Source: Myxococcota bacterium (GTDB taxonomy: Bacteria > Myxococcota_A > UBA9160 > UBA4427). Taken from it: DNA of 64,000 nucleotides. Shown piece by piece: positions 37,581 through 47,679 of the stretch. A program made the position numbers and the translations under genes. Each line of letters begins with the position of its first letter. The first letter of the stretch is position 1. Under the pieces are notes generated by a model. The model had not been told where the DNA came from. It did no database searches and worked only from the letters and a program-made list of their open reading frames with translations. The stretch lies in NCBI GenBank assembly GCA_965250285.1, contig OZ252299.1, positions 1,824,001 through 1,888,000 of the forward strand, given 5' to 3'.

Positions 37581-40282
37581 GCATCCCCCTTCTTCGGCCC
37601 GAGCCGTGCGCTCAACCGCTCGATCAGAAGCAGCGCGTCCATGGGGGTGGTCTGGTTGGGATCGATCTCACGAAGCGCTTCGAGCGCCTCCTGCTCCTCG
37701 GCGCTCGGTGCCGCCATCTCTCCGCCAAGGGCGAGGGTCAGCTGGCCGTCGTCGGGTCGCGTGCGGACCCGCCCGTGCACTGCGCCGCTCGCCGAGGCCC
37801 CGCCCGCCTCGAGCTCGGCCAGGATCTCACGGGCGCGCTTCGTCACGCTCTCGGGCAGCCCCGCGAGCTGAGCGACCTGGATGCCGTAGCTGCGGTTCGC
37901 GCCGCCCGGCACCAGGCGACGCAGAAAGACCACCTCGTCCTTCCACTCGCGCACCTGGAAGTGGTAGTTCGCCAGCCGCGGTCGAGACTCTGCGAGCTCG
38001 ACGAGCTCGTGATAGTGCGTCGCGAAGAGCGTGCGCGCTTCGAGCCCCTTCGTATCGTGCAGGTGCTCGGCGACCGACCACGCGATCGAGAGGCCGTCGA
38101 ACGTGCTCGTGCCGCGACCGATCTCGTCGAGAATGATCAGACTGCGCCGCGATGCCTGACGAAGGATGTCGGCGGTTTCGCGCATCTCGACCATGAACGT
38201 CGATTCGCCGCGCGCCAGACGATCCGAAGCGCCCACGCGCGTGAAGATGCGGTCGACGACGCCGACCTTGGCCGCCGCCGCCGGCACGTAGCTGCCAATC
38301 TGCGCCATCAACACGATGAGCGCGACCTGGCGCAGGTAGGTGCTCTTGCCCGACATGTTCGGGCCGGTCAACAAGAGGATCTGCTGCCCATCGCAGTCGA
38401 GGTGTGCGTCGTTCGCGACGAAACCGTCGCCGTGGGCCGAACGCAGCATCGCCTCGACGACGGGGTGACGGCCGTCCTTCACGTCGATCACGAAGCCCGC
38501 GTCGACCTCGGGGCGCGACCAGCCCTCGCGGCGCGCGCAGGTGGCGAGAGACTGCAGGGCGTCGAGCTCGGCGACCCGGTCGGCGGCGGCACGCACCCGC
38601 TCGGCGACCCCGACCACCGCTTGACGCAGCGACTCGAAGATCTCGCGCTCGAGGGCCGCGGCGCGTTCGTTCGCCCCCATGACCGTGCTCTCGACCTCTC
38701 GCAGCTCGGGTGTCGTGAAGCGTTCGACGTTGGCGAGGGTCTGTTTTCGCTCGTACTCGGCGGGCACCTTGTCGAGCTGTGCCTTCGAGACCTCGAGTGA
38801 GTAGCCGTGCACGGGGTGGTACCGGACCTTCAGGTTCGTGATGCCGCTGCGCTCGCGCTCGGTCGCTTCGAGGCCGGCGATCCACTCGCGGCCCTTGGTC
38901 GCGCCCTCGCGAATCGCGTCGAGCTCACCGCGGAAGCCGGCGCGGATGTAGCCCGTCTCGTTCGCCCCTCGCGAACCCTTGGCGATCACGGGCGGATCAT
39001 CGATCAGCGCCTCCTCCAGCAGCTGTGTCAGGTCGGGCAGCGGCTCGGGGCCCACGAGCCCGGCGGGCGGCGACGGCGCAACGGCCGCTTCGATCGCACC
39101 CCCAGCCGCCTCGGCGAGCGCGGCGTTGACCCTGGGCAGCGCCGCCAGGCTCGCACGCAGGAGCCCGAGATCGCGCGGCACTGCACCGGGTCGGATCGCC
39201 TTGGCCAGCAGCCGCTCGAGATCGCGCACGTCGCCCAGCGCATCGCGCACGCCATCGCGTATCCGATCGTGATCGTGCAGCCACGCGACGCTCTCTTGCC
39301 GTGCGAGCACGTCGGCGACGGCGTTCAGCGGGTAGGCGACCCAGCGCGCGAGCCTGCGCGCGCCGAGGGCCGTACGCGTCGCGTCGAGCTGCGCGATGAG
39401 CGTGCCTTTGCGGCCGCGGTCTTCGCTGTTCTCGAAGAGCTCGAGGTGCGTTCGCGTCGCGGTGTCGAGCACGACCGTCGATCCGAGCTCATACGCCCGC
39501 AGGCGCGGGATCGCGTCTCGAAAGGCGGGCTGATGCTCACCGACGTAGCCGATGATCGCCGCCGCTGCGCGCATGCCCGGGTCGCTGTCACTCGCTTCGA
39601 AGCCTTCGGGTGCCTCGGCGACCCCGGCGGGCTCGAAGGTCACGGCGTCGACCTCGGCGAGCACGGTATCGGGGATGCGCTCGTTCGCAGCGGGCGCGAG
39701 CTGTGCCCGCGCGGTGCCCTCGACCAGCAGCTCGCGCGGACCGATGCGCTCGAGCTCGGCCCACACCGACAGGGGGAGGCCGGCTTCGTGGCCGCCACTC
39801 GCCGGAATCGTCGTGCAGCGAAAATCGCCCGTCGACGCGTCGAGCGCGGCGATGCCAATCGCGTCGTCGCCGACGTCGAGCGCGGCCAGGGCCACCTCGA
39901 CCCGCCCGTCGAGGCCCTCGGGATCCCCCACCAGGCCCGGCGTCACGACCTCGACCACTTCACGTCGCACGAGCCGCCGACCACCGGCCTGCTTCGGGTC
40001 TTCGACCTGCTCGCACACGGCGACACGATGACCGAGCCCCGCAAGCTGCCGGATGTACTGATCGGCGCTGTGCACCGGCACACCACACATCGGCACAGCG
40101 TCGGCCTTGCCCTTGTCGCGCGTCGTGAGTGCGATGTCGAGGAGCGGCGCCGCCCGCTCGGCGTCGTCCATGAACATCTCGTAGAAGTCGCCCATGCGAT
40201 AGAAGATGATCGCGTCGGGATGCTCGGCCTTGATCGCGAGGAACTGCTTCATCATGGGTGTGTCGAGCGCCGACTTGGTCAC
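37577..40282 (-). CDS. mutS: DNA mismatch repair protein MutS
   Basis: TPMMKQF, RMGDFYE, TGPNMSGKSTYLRQ, STFMVEM, DEIGRGTS, FATHYHEL. Confidence 0.98.
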   Translation of the reverse strand: MTKSALDTPMMKQFLAIKAEHPDAIIFYRMGDFYEMFMDDAERAAPLLDIALTTRDKGKADAVPMCGVPVHSADQYIRQLAGLGHRVAVCEQVEDPKQAGGRRLVRREVVEVVTPGLVGDPEGLDGRVEVALAALDVGDDAIGIAALDASTGDFRCTTIPASGGHEAGLPLSVWAELERIGPRELLVEGTARAQLAPAANERIPDTVLAEVDAVTFEPAGVAEAPEGFEASDSDPGMRAAAAIIGYVGEHQPAFRDAIPRLRAYELGSTVVLDTATRTHLELFENSEDRGRKGTLIAQLDATRTALGARRLARWVAYPLNAVADVLARQESVAWLHDHDRIRDGVRDALGDVRDLERLLAKAIRPGAVPRDLGLLRASLAALPRVNAALAEAAGGAIEAAVAPSPPAGLVGPEPLPDLTQLLEEALIDDPPVIAKGSRGANETGYIRAGFRGELDAIREGATKGREWIAGLEATERERSGITNLKVRYHPVHGYSLEVSKAQLDKVPAEYERKQTLANVERFTTPELREVESTVMGANERAAALEREIFESLRQAVVGVAERVRAAADRVAELDALQSLATCARREGWSRPEVDAGFVIDVKDGRHPVVEAMLRSAHGDGFVANDAHLDCDGQQILLLTGPNMSGKSTYLRQVALIVLMAQIGSYVPAAAAKVGVVDRIFTRVGASDRLARGESTFMVEMRETADILRQASRRSLIILDEIGRGTSTFDGLSIAWSVAEHLHDTKGLEARTLFATHYHELVELAESRPRLANYHFQVREWKDEVVFLRRLVPGGANRSYGIQVAQLAGLPESVTKRAREILAELEAGGASASGAVHGRVRTRPDDGQLTLALGGEMAAPSAEEQEALEALREIDPNQTTPMDALLLIERLSARLGPKKGDA

Positions 40283-41316
40283 GCGTCGCCTCCCGACCCG
40301 CCGCTCGCATCCTGCGCCCGCTTCTCGAGCTGGTCGAGCATCGACTCGTATGCGGTCAGGGCGTCGTCGTAGCGGCCCTGATCGAGCAGGATCCGGCCCA
40401 GCCGCATGCGCAGTGCGTCGTCATTCGGCCAGCGCACGAGCCCGGCCTCGATCACCTCGAGCGCTTCATCGACCCGATCTGCGTCGGCGAGCGCGCGGGC
40501 GAGCGCATCGACGAGCGCGCTTCGGTCCGAGTGCTGGCGCGCGGCTTCGCGCAGATAGCCGATGTAGTCGCCGCGACGCCCGGCCCCTTCCGGCCATGCC
40601 CGTTCGAGCCGCGGCAGGATCTCTCGCGCCCGACCGGGATCGGCGTCGAGCGCCTTCGCCAGCTGATCGACGACCCGCTTTGGCCGCTGCGCTCGCTCTT
40701 CGATGTCGGCCAGGATCAGCCGGGGATCGGCCTGGCCGAAGTCGGCCTTGATCGCGCGCTTCGCCGCGTCTCGCGCGACGTCGTCCCGCCCCTCTGAGAA
40801 TCGCTTGCGCGCGATCGACGTGAGCAGTTGGCCCTCTGTCTCGCGATCGCGAGCGCCGCGCAGCTTCGCCCGGCGCCGCTCGATCACGAGCGCGCGCTCT
40901 TCATCGCCGTGCGCCGGCAGCAGACGCGCGAGTCCGGCCAGCGCCGCGGCGTGGTCGGCATCGCGCTCGAGGACCTGCTCGAACGTTGCGATCGCGCGCG
41001 CGACGTAGCCGCCCGCGTCGAAAGTCTGGCCGAGGCCTGCGAGCACAGCGATGCGCTGCTCGTCGTCGAGGTCGTTGCGCAGGTTGAGGTTCTCGTAGAG
41101 CGCGATGGCGCGTCCGGTTTCGCCCCGACGACGGAACACCTCGGCGAGGCCGAGATAGGCGTCGATCTCGTTTGAGTGATCGCGCACCAACCCCTTCAAC
41201 ACCCCCTCGGCTGCGACGTCGTCGCCCGAGATCAGGTGCCGCAGCGCCCGGCGCAGCCGCCGCTCGGGCGGACCGCCGGCGCTGCGCCAGCGTCGAAGGG
41301 TGCTTCGAAGACGCAC
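40279..41316 (-). CDS. Tetratricopeptide-repeat protein, LapB-like
   Basis: AYLGLAEVFRRRGETGRAIALYENL; TPR periodicity; follows lapA. Confidence 0.75.
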   Translation of the reverse strand: MRLRSTLRRWRSAGGPPERRLRRALRHLISGDDVAAEGVLKGLVRDHSNEIDAYLGLAEVFRRRGETGRAIALYENLNLRNDLDDEQRIAVLAGLGQTFDAGGYVARAIATFEQVLERDADHAAALAGLARLLPAHGDEERALVIERRRAKLRGARDRETEGQLLTSIARKRFSEGRDDVARDAAKRAIKADFGQADPRLILADIEERAQRPKRVVDQLAKALDADPGRAREILPRLERAWPEGAGRRGDYIGYLREAARQHSDRSALVDALARALADADRVDEALEVIEAGLVRWPNDDALRMRLGRILLDQGRYDDALTAYESMLDQLEKRAQDASGGSGGDA

Positions 41317-41321
41317 GTCGA

Positions 41322-41693
41322 TCAGCGCCCCCGTGCGACCCGCGACGGCGGCGCGTCGGGGATTGTTTCGGGCGCTTCAGCGAGCTCGGTGAGATCGCCG
41401 TCGATGGGCTTGTTCCGAAAGTCACTCAGCTCGGCCTCGAGCCGACGCAGCACGCGCTGCAACCGTCGAATCTCGACCCGATTCTTGAGCATGGCGAGCC
41501 CGAGATAGAGCGCGCTGATCGCCATCCCGAGCAGCCAGGACCCGAGCACGACCTTCCAGACGGCCAAGGGTTCGGTCTCGCCGAACAGATAGTGAACCGG
41601 CACCGTCTGCGGATTGCCGTGAGCGAACCGCCACCCCGCGACGAGCAGCGCCACGAAGAGCAGAACGGCCAGCAGTCTGCGCATGATGGTCAT
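41322..41693 (-). CDS. lapA: Lipopolysaccharide assembly protein A domain protein
   Basis: TM-FAHGNPQTVPVHYLF-TM-coiled coil; sits between ihfB and the TPR gene. Confidence 0.75.
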   Translation of the reverse strand: MTIMRRLLAVLLFVALLVAGWRFAHGNPQTVPVHYLFGETEPLAVWKVVLGSWLLGMAISALYLGLAMLKNRVEIRRLQRVLRRLEAELSDFRNKPIDGDLTELAEAPETIPDAPPSRVARGR

Positions 41694-41728
41694 CGGCGCC
41701 CCCCTTGCTCCGATGGTCGAGCGTGGTC

Positions 41729-42046
41729 TCAGTCGGCGTCCGAATCCGAATCCGGAAGCGGATCGGGCGCGTTGTCCACCATCTCCTTCAGCTCCTTGCC
41801 CACCTTGAAGAACGGCGTGCGCTTGGCGCTGATGTGAACCGGCTCGCCCGTCTTCGGGTTTCGCCCGTCTCGCGCTTCGCGGATCTTCACCTGAAAGCTC
41901 CCGAAGCCGCGAATCTCGATGCGGTCGCCCGTGCGAAGGGCTTCGATCATCGAGTCGAAGATCGTGTTGACCACGACCTCGGTGTCCTTCTTGGAGATGT
42001 GCGGCGTGCGCCGGGCCACCTCCTCGATCAACCCACTCTTGGTCAT
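41729..42046 (-). CDS. ihfB: Integration host factor beta subunit
   Basis: MTKSGLI...RIEIRGFGSF...GRNPKTGE...PFFKVGKELKE. Confidence 0.92.
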   Translation of the reverse strand: MTKSGLIEEVARRTPHISKKDTEVVVNTIFDSMIEALRTGDRIEIRGFGSFQVKIREARDGRNPKTGEPVHISAKRTPFFKVGKELKEMVDNAPDPLPDSDSDAD

Positions 42047-42225
42047 CTTTCCCCCGCCCGAGTCATGGGCACCCGCCGAAGCGGGTGCGCCCCCCACCGT
42101 GGCCTCTCATTGCCGGGCTCGATGCGCACCACGGATCGCATCGCGCCGTCGTTCCGAACGTCGGCCCAGGGCCGGGGCCCCGGACCACCGCCCGGGGCCG
42201 AGGCCCCGGACGGCGTCCGAATCAC

Positions 42226-43932
42226 CTACTCGTCGCCACCCTCCGCCGCGGCGCCGAGCTTGTCGGCCAGCAGATCGCCGAGCGTCGTCGTCTGACTCTG
42301 GGCCTGCTGTGCAGCGTGCTCCTTGAGAGCCGCGCGCTGCGCCTTGTCGGTGAGCGCCCGGATCGAGAGCGAGATCTTGCCCTCGGCCGGATCGACCTTG
42401 ACGACGAGGGCCGTGACGTCCTGGCCCTCTTTGAAGTGCTCTGCCGGGGTCTCGACCCGCTCTTCGGCAAGCTCAGAGCTGTAGATCAGCCCCTCGATCC
42501 CGTCGTCGAGCTGCACGAACACACCGAAGTCGGTGATGCTCGTAACCGGGCCACTGATCTCGCTGCCGACCGAGTACTTCTTCTGGATGTCGTCCCACGG
42601 GTTCGGCTCGAGCTGCTTGATGCCCAGCGAGAACTTCTCGTTCTCCTTGTCGATCTTGAGCACCATCGCCTCGACTTCGTCGCCCTTCTGGAACTTCTCG
42701 CTCGGGTGCTTGATCTGCTCCGTCCACGAGATGTCCGAGACGTGCACGAGGCCGTCGATGCCCTCGTCCAGGCCGATGAAGACACCGAAGTTCGTGATGT
42801 TGCGCACCACGCCCGACACGCGCGTGCCGACCGGGTACTGCTCCTCGATCACGGTCCACGGGTTGTCCTCGATCTGCTTCATGCCGAGCGAGATCTTGCG
42901 ATTGCGCTCATCCACGTCGAGGACCACGGCTTCGACCTCATCGCCGACGTTGACGATCTTGGACGGGTGCTTCACGCGCTTCGTCCAGGACATCTCGCTC
43001 ACGTGCACGAGCCCCTCGATGCCGGGCTCGAGCTCGATGAACGCGCCGTAGTCGGTCAGCGACACGACCTTGCCGTTGATCCGCACACCCAGCGGGTAGC
43101 GCAGCGCAGCATCCACCCACGGATCGGGCTGGATCTGCTTGAGGCCGAGCGACACGCGCTCGTTCTCGGGGTCGAACTTCAGCACCTTGACCTTGATCTC
43201 GTCGCCGACGTTGAACAGCTCGCTGGGGTGATTGATGCGGCCCCAGCTCATGTCGGTGATGTGGAGCAGACCGTCGATGCCGCCGAGATCGATGAACGCG
43301 CCGTAGTCGGTCAGGTTCTTGATCACGCCGTCGAGGATCTGACCCGCTTCGAGGGTCTGCAGCGTCGACTCACGCATGCGCCGGCGCTCGGTCTCGAGCA
43401 GGGCGCGGCGCGAGAGCACGATGTTGCCTCGGCGCTTGTTGAACTTGATGATCTTGAAGCTGAACTTTTCGCCCAGCATGCCTTCGAGGTTGCGAACCGG
43501 GCGAAGGTCGACCTGCGAGCCAGGCAGGAACGCCTTGACCCCGATGTCGACCGAGAGGCCGCCCTTCACTCGCGCGATGATGGTGCCCTCGACGGGCTCA
43601 TCGGCCTCGTAGGCGCCGCTGATGTCGTCCCAGACCTTGAGGCGTTCGGCCTTCTCCTTCGACAGGAGAATGCGGCCGTCTTCGTCTTCGGTCTCCTCGA
43701 CGAGCACTTCGACCTCGTCGCCGACCTCGACCGCCATCGTGCCGTCTTCGTTCATGAACTCCCAGGCCTGCACGAGGCCCTCGCTCTTGAAGCCGACGTC
43801 GACCTGCACGTAGTCCTTGTCGATCGAAAGGATCTTGCCCTTTGCGATCTCGCCTTCCTTGATCTTCTGTTCGCTCTTCTCGAAGAGATCGGCGAAGCTG
43901 CCAGCGCTCGCCGCGTCCGTAGTGGTACTCAT
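42226..43932 (-). CDS. rpsA: 30S ribosomal protein S1
   Basis: Six S1 repeats (YGAFIDLGGIDGLLH, FGVFIGLDEGIDGLVH), C-terminal TLGDLL. Confidence 0.98.
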   Translation of the reverse strand: MSTTTDAASAGSFADLFEKSEQKIKEGEIAKGKILSIDKDYVQVDVGFKSEGLVQAWEFMNEDGTMAVEVGDEVEVLVEETEDEDGRILLSKEKAERLKVWDDISGAYEADEPVEGTIIARVKGGLSVDIGVKAFLPGSQVDLRPVRNLEGMLGEKFSFKIIKFNKRRGNIVLSRRALLETERRRMRESTLQTLEAGQILDGVIKNLTDYGAFIDLGGIDGLLHITDMSWGRINHPSELFNVGDEIKVKVLKFDPENERVSLGLKQIQPDPWVDAALRYPLGVRINGKVVSLTDYGAFIELEPGIEGLVHVSEMSWTKRVKHPSKIVNVGDEVEAVVLDVDERNRKISLGMKQIEDNPWTVIEEQYPVGTRVSGVVRNITNFGVFIGLDEGIDGLVHVSDISWTEQIKHPSEKFQKGDEVEAMVLKIDKENEKFSLGIKQLEPNPWDDIQKKYSVGSEISGPVTSITDFGVFVQLDDGIEGLIYSSELAEERVETPAEHFKEGQDVTALVVKVDPAEGKISLSIRALTDKAQRAALKEHAAQQAQSQTTTLGDLLADKLGAAAEGGDE

Positions 43933-43995
43933 GAGTTGTTGGTTGCTCCAGTTGGGGTCGACGGCTCTCGGCGACCTGATCGTTGGTTGTGGTTT

Positions 43996-44898
43996 TCAGT
44001 CCCGGTCGTCCGGGTCGTCCCGCTCGCCGCCGGTCGAGGCATGGGCCGCAGCTGCGGCCAGCGCCTCTCGCGCCGACGAGAGAAATCGTTCCTGGGCCTC
44101 GGCATCGCCGTGCTCGATCACGTGCACGAGCTCGCCGAGCGCCTGCTTGAAGGCCTCGATGGGTCGCACGAGCGCCTTGGTGTTGCTGCTGAGGATCTCG
44201 CCCCAGAGCTCGGCATCGCTGTTCGCGATGCGCGTGAAGTCGCGAAAGCCGCTCCCGGCCATCTCGCCGACCTGGGCCGGCGCCTGTCCGAGCGCCTGCG
44301 CGAACGCAAACGCGACCACGTGCGGCACGTGGCTGACCCAGGCGACCTCGTCATCATGCACGCCGGGCGAGCGCTCGATGACGCGGGCGCCGAGCGCTTC
44401 CCAGAAGCCTCGTACCTGCGCGAGCCCGTCGGGCGGCGTGCTCGGCAGCGGCGTCACGACGCAGCAGGCCCCCTCGAAGAGATCGGCCCGCGCATGCGCG
44501 TTGCCTTTCTCGTGGCTCCCGGCCATGGGATGCGCGCCGACGTAGGCAACGCCCTGGGGCAGCAGCCCCGGCAGCGTATCGGCGAGCGGCCCCTTCACGC
44601 TGCCGACATCCGTCACGATCGTGCCGGGCGCGAGATGAGGGGCCGCCGCCTCGAGCGTCCGCGCCATCGAACCGACCGGTGTCGCGAGCACCACGAGGTC
44701 GGCGCCCGCGACTGCCTCCTCGACACTCCCGATCTCGTCGACGACGCCGCGTTCGAGCGCGGCTTCGAGCGGTGCCCGGCGTCGACCGGCGCCTGCGACG
44801 CGGGCGACGACGCCGCGTTCGCGGGCCGCGAGGGCGACCGATCCGCCGAGCAGCCCCAAACCGACGACGGCGAGCTTCTGGAAGGCCGGCGCGGTCAC
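43996..44898 (-). CDS. tyrA: Prephenate/arogenate dehydrogenase
   Basis: VVGLGLLGGS, TDVGSVKG, HPMAGS, SHVPH, GFRDFTRIA. Confidence 0.93.
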   Translation of the reverse strand: MTAPAFQKLAVVGLGLLGGSVALAARERGVVARVAGAGRRRAPLEAALERGVVDEIGSVEEAVAGADLVVLATPVGSMARTLEAAAPHLAPGTIVTDVGSVKGPLADTLPGLLPQGVAYVGAHPMAGSHEKGNAHARADLFEGACCVVTPLPSTPPDGLAQVRGFWEALGARVIERSPGVHDDEVAWVSHVPHVVAFAFAQALGQAPAQVGEMAGSGFRDFTRIANSDAELWGEILSSNTKALVRPIEAFKQALGELVHVIEHGDAEAQERFLSSAREALAAAAAHASTGGERDDPDDRD

Positions 44899-45995
44899 GC
44901 TTCGCTCTCCCGGATCTGCTCGATCGCCTTGATGAGGCGCTCGTTCTCTTCCGCCGTCCCGATCGAGATACGCAGATGGCTGTTCAACCCGAAGCCCGCC
45001 ATCGGGCGCACGATCACCCCCTGTCGCAGCAGCTTGTCGTAGTAGTCGGGGCCGATCTCGACGAGCAGATAGTTCGCGTCGGTCGGCCAGACCCGGCAGC
45101 CGAGCGCCTCGAGCGACTCGGTGAGAAATCGCGCCCCGGCGTCGTTCATCGCCCGGGTCTTCTCGACGTGCTCGACGTCGTCGAGGGCCGCGAGGGCGGC
45201 GACCTCGGCGAGGCGATTCACGTTGAACGGGTGCCGCGCACGCTCGAGGAACCCCGCCATCTCGGCATCGCAGATGCCATAGCCGATGCGCAGCCCGGCG
45301 AGCCCGTAGATCTTCGAGAACGTCCGCAGCACGAGCGTGCCGGGACGCGTCTTCGTGAGCGCCACCGTGTCTGGGAAGTCGTCGCGGCGGACGTACTCGT
45401 AGTACGCCTCGTCGACGACCAGCACCACGTCGGCCGGCAGCTTCGAGACGAACGCGTCGAACGTCGCCTGATCGAAGCTCGTGCCGGTCGGGTTGTTCGG
45501 GTTGCACAGCATCACGACCCGCGTGCGCTCGTTCACCGCTGCGAGGATCGCGTCGAGGTCGTACGTGAAGTCATCGTCGAGCGGCACGCGCACCGGGACG
45601 GCGCCCATGCCCTTGGTGACGATCGGGTACATCGCGAACGAGGGCCAGCCGAAGACCACCTCGTCGTCGCGACGCATGAACGTCTTCGCGACGAGCTCGA
45701 GGATCTCGTCGCCGCCACAGCCGAACACCAGCTGCTTCTCGTCGACCCCGAGCCGCGGCGCGAGCGCAGCTCGGAGCGCGAAGCACGCGCCGTCGGGGTA
45801 CCGGAACACCTCACCGACTGCGCCCTGCATCGCCGCGAGCGCCTTCGGCGACGGGCCGAGCGGGTTCTCGTTCGAAGCGAGCTTGACTGAATCGGTGACG
45901 CCGAGCTCCCGCTCGAGCTCTTCGAGCGGCTTGCCCGGCTCGTACGGCGCCAGCTCGCGAATGTGCGGATTGACCAGGTCGGAGAGCGCCATCAC
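44895..45995 (-). CDS. hisC: Histidinol-phosphate aminotransferase
   Basis: KLASNENPLG, NPNNPTG, DEAYYEY, RTFSKIYGLAGLRIGY. Confidence 0.95.
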   Translation of the reverse strand: MMALSDLVNPHIRELAPYEPGKPLEELERELGVTDSVKLASNENPLGPSPKALAAMQGAVGEVFRYPDGACFALRAALAPRLGVDEKQLVFGCGGDEILELVAKTFMRRDDEVVFGWPSFAMYPIVTKGMGAVPVRVPLDDDFTYDLDAILAAVNERTRVVMLCNPNNPTGTSFDQATFDAFVSKLPADVVLVVDEAYYEYVRRDDFPDTVALTKTRPGTLVLRTFSKIYGLAGLRIGYGICDAEMAGFLERARHPFNVNRLAEVAALAALDDVEHVEKTRAMNDAGARFLTESLEALGCRVWPTDANYLLVEIGPDYYDKLLRQGVIVRPMAGFGLNSHLRISIGTAEENERLIKAIEQIRESEA

Positions 45996-47143
45996 GAACG
46001 CCTCCCCAGCTGGCGCCCGGCCGGCTCGAGACCGCGTGGGTACGAGCCGAGCACCTTGTGCGAGTGCGCGTAGGCGGCCGCCGCGTCGAGCGCCCGACCG
46101 ACCTCAGGGTCGGTCTCGTGGCCCTCGAGGTCGACGAAGAAGATGTACTCCCAGGGCTTGCCCTTCATCGGCCGCGACTGCACGGCCGTGAGGTTCACCC
46201 CGTGCTCTGCGAACGGCGCAAGCAGGTGGTAGAGCGCCCCCGACTGATCGCGGCGAATCGTGAACGCGGCCGAAGTCACGTCGTTGCCGCTCGCCTGGGG
46301 CGTCTTCTTGCCAATCACGAGGAACCGCGTCGTGTTGCCCGAGTGGTCCTGGATGTCGCGAGCGACGAACTCGAGGCCATACGCCTCGGCAGCGACCTCG
46401 CTGCCGATGGCGGCGACGCTCTCGTCGTCGACGGCCATCTGGGCGGCGGCACCGGTGCTCGTCGTGTCTTGCGTCTCGACCATCGATAGATTGCGCTCGA
46501 GCCAGTGCTGACACTGAGCGAGCGGCTGCGGGTGCGACGCCACCAGCTTGATGTCATCGATGCGACCCGTGCGCGAGAGCAGATTCTGCGAGACCTCGAG
46601 CGTCAGCTCGCCGCAGATCGTCACCTCGGCCTCGACGAGCGAGTCGTAGGTCACCGTGATCGCCCCTTCGATCGTGTTCTCGACGGGAATCACGCCGAAG
46701 TGCGCCTCGCCTCGTTCGGTCTCGGTGAACACGTCACGCATGTGACGGACCGGCACCAGGTCGACCTGCGAGCCGAACTGGCGCAACACGGCCTGATGAC
46801 TGAACGTGCCCTCGGGTCCGAGAAACGCGACGCGCACGCGCTCTTCGAGCGATCGGGTCGCCGAGATGATCTCTCGAAACACGTGGGGGATCGCGTCGTT
46901 GGGGAACGGCCCGCCGTTGCGATCGATGAGTGCGTTCACCAGATCGCGCTCGCGCGATGCCACATAGACCGGGCTTCGCAGCCCCCCCTGCTTCGCTTGA
47001 CCGACCTCGCGCACCAGCTCGGCCCGCTTGTTGAGCAGGTCGAGGATCCCGCGATCGACTTCGTCGATCTGTCCGCGCAGCTCACCCAATCGCCAGTCGA
47101 GCTCCGGGTCGTCGGGTGCGTTGGGATCGGGTTTGAGGGCCAT
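45992..47143 (-). CDS. pheA: Chorismate mutase/prephenate dehydratase
   Basis: LRGQIDEVD, FLGPEGTFSH, PVENTIEG, SHPQPLAQC, NTTRF, SRP, YIFFVD. Confidence 0.95.
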   Translation of the reverse strand: MALKPDPNAPDDPELDWRLGELRGQIDEVDRGILDLLNKRAELVREVGQAKQGGLRSPVYVASRERDLVNALIDRNGGPFPNDAIPHVFREIISATRSLEERVRVAFLGPEGTFSHQAVLRQFGSQVDLVPVRHMRDVFTETERGEAHFGVIPVENTIEGAITVTYDSLVEAEVTICGELTLEVSQNLLSRTGRIDDIKLVASHPQPLAQCQHWLERNLSMVETQDTTSTGAAAQMAVDDESVAAIGSEVAAEAYGLEFVARDIQDHSGNTTRFLVIGKKTPQASGNDVTSAAFTIRRDQSGALYHLLAPFAEHGVNLTAVQSRPMKGKPWEYIFFVDLEGHETDPEVGRALDAAAAYAHSHKVLGSYPRGLEPAGRQLGRRS

Positions 47144-47453
47144 GGCGCGGTGTGAGTCTCTCCGGACTGACGTGCCGTTTGCGCTGCGGGTTCGGGACGT
47201 TGCGGCGATTCGTTCCTTGCACGCTCGTTCGGTGCCGATCTCGTCGTCACGCGTCCCGGCGAACGAGTCGACATCGCAGGCAGCGCAGGCAGCGCACATC
47301 GTGCGCGCCTTCGCTTGGGCGAGATCGGTTGTCGTTCTTGGTCCTTCGCGGCGAAGCACGCACACACGTCCGTGCCCGGTCTCGAAGTCGGTTGGATCGT
47401 CTGGCGAGCTCGCGGCGCGCCGAGAACCGCTAACCCCCCGGAATTGCAGGCGC

Positions 47454-47482
47454 AATATATCCGACGGGCATCGCAGTGGCAA
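47454..47482 (-). promoter_or_regulatory. Sigma70-type promoter upstream of pheA
   Basis: TTGCCA-N17-TATATT on the minus strand. Confidence 0.65.
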
Positions 47483-47620
47483 TCCAGAAACAGCCAAATC
47501 GGTCGGCAGATCAATGGGTTGGGGCGACCAGCCGCGTCCGGGGCACCGAGCCGCGGTGGGCAGGGCAAGATCGGGCGAAAACACCGGGTTCAGAACGCCT
47601 TTTTGGGCCGATTTGGTGCT

Positions 47621-47647
47621 TCAAGGCCTCACCCCGAATCGCCGATA
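47621..47647 (+). promoter_or_regulatory. Putative sigma28 (FliA/WhiG)-like promoter
   Basis: TCAAG-N15-GCCGATA, 32 nt before the DGC ATG. Confidence 0.6.
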
Positions 47648-47679
47648 CGCGCCTCGTCCATCCGCGAGCGAGCGCCTCG

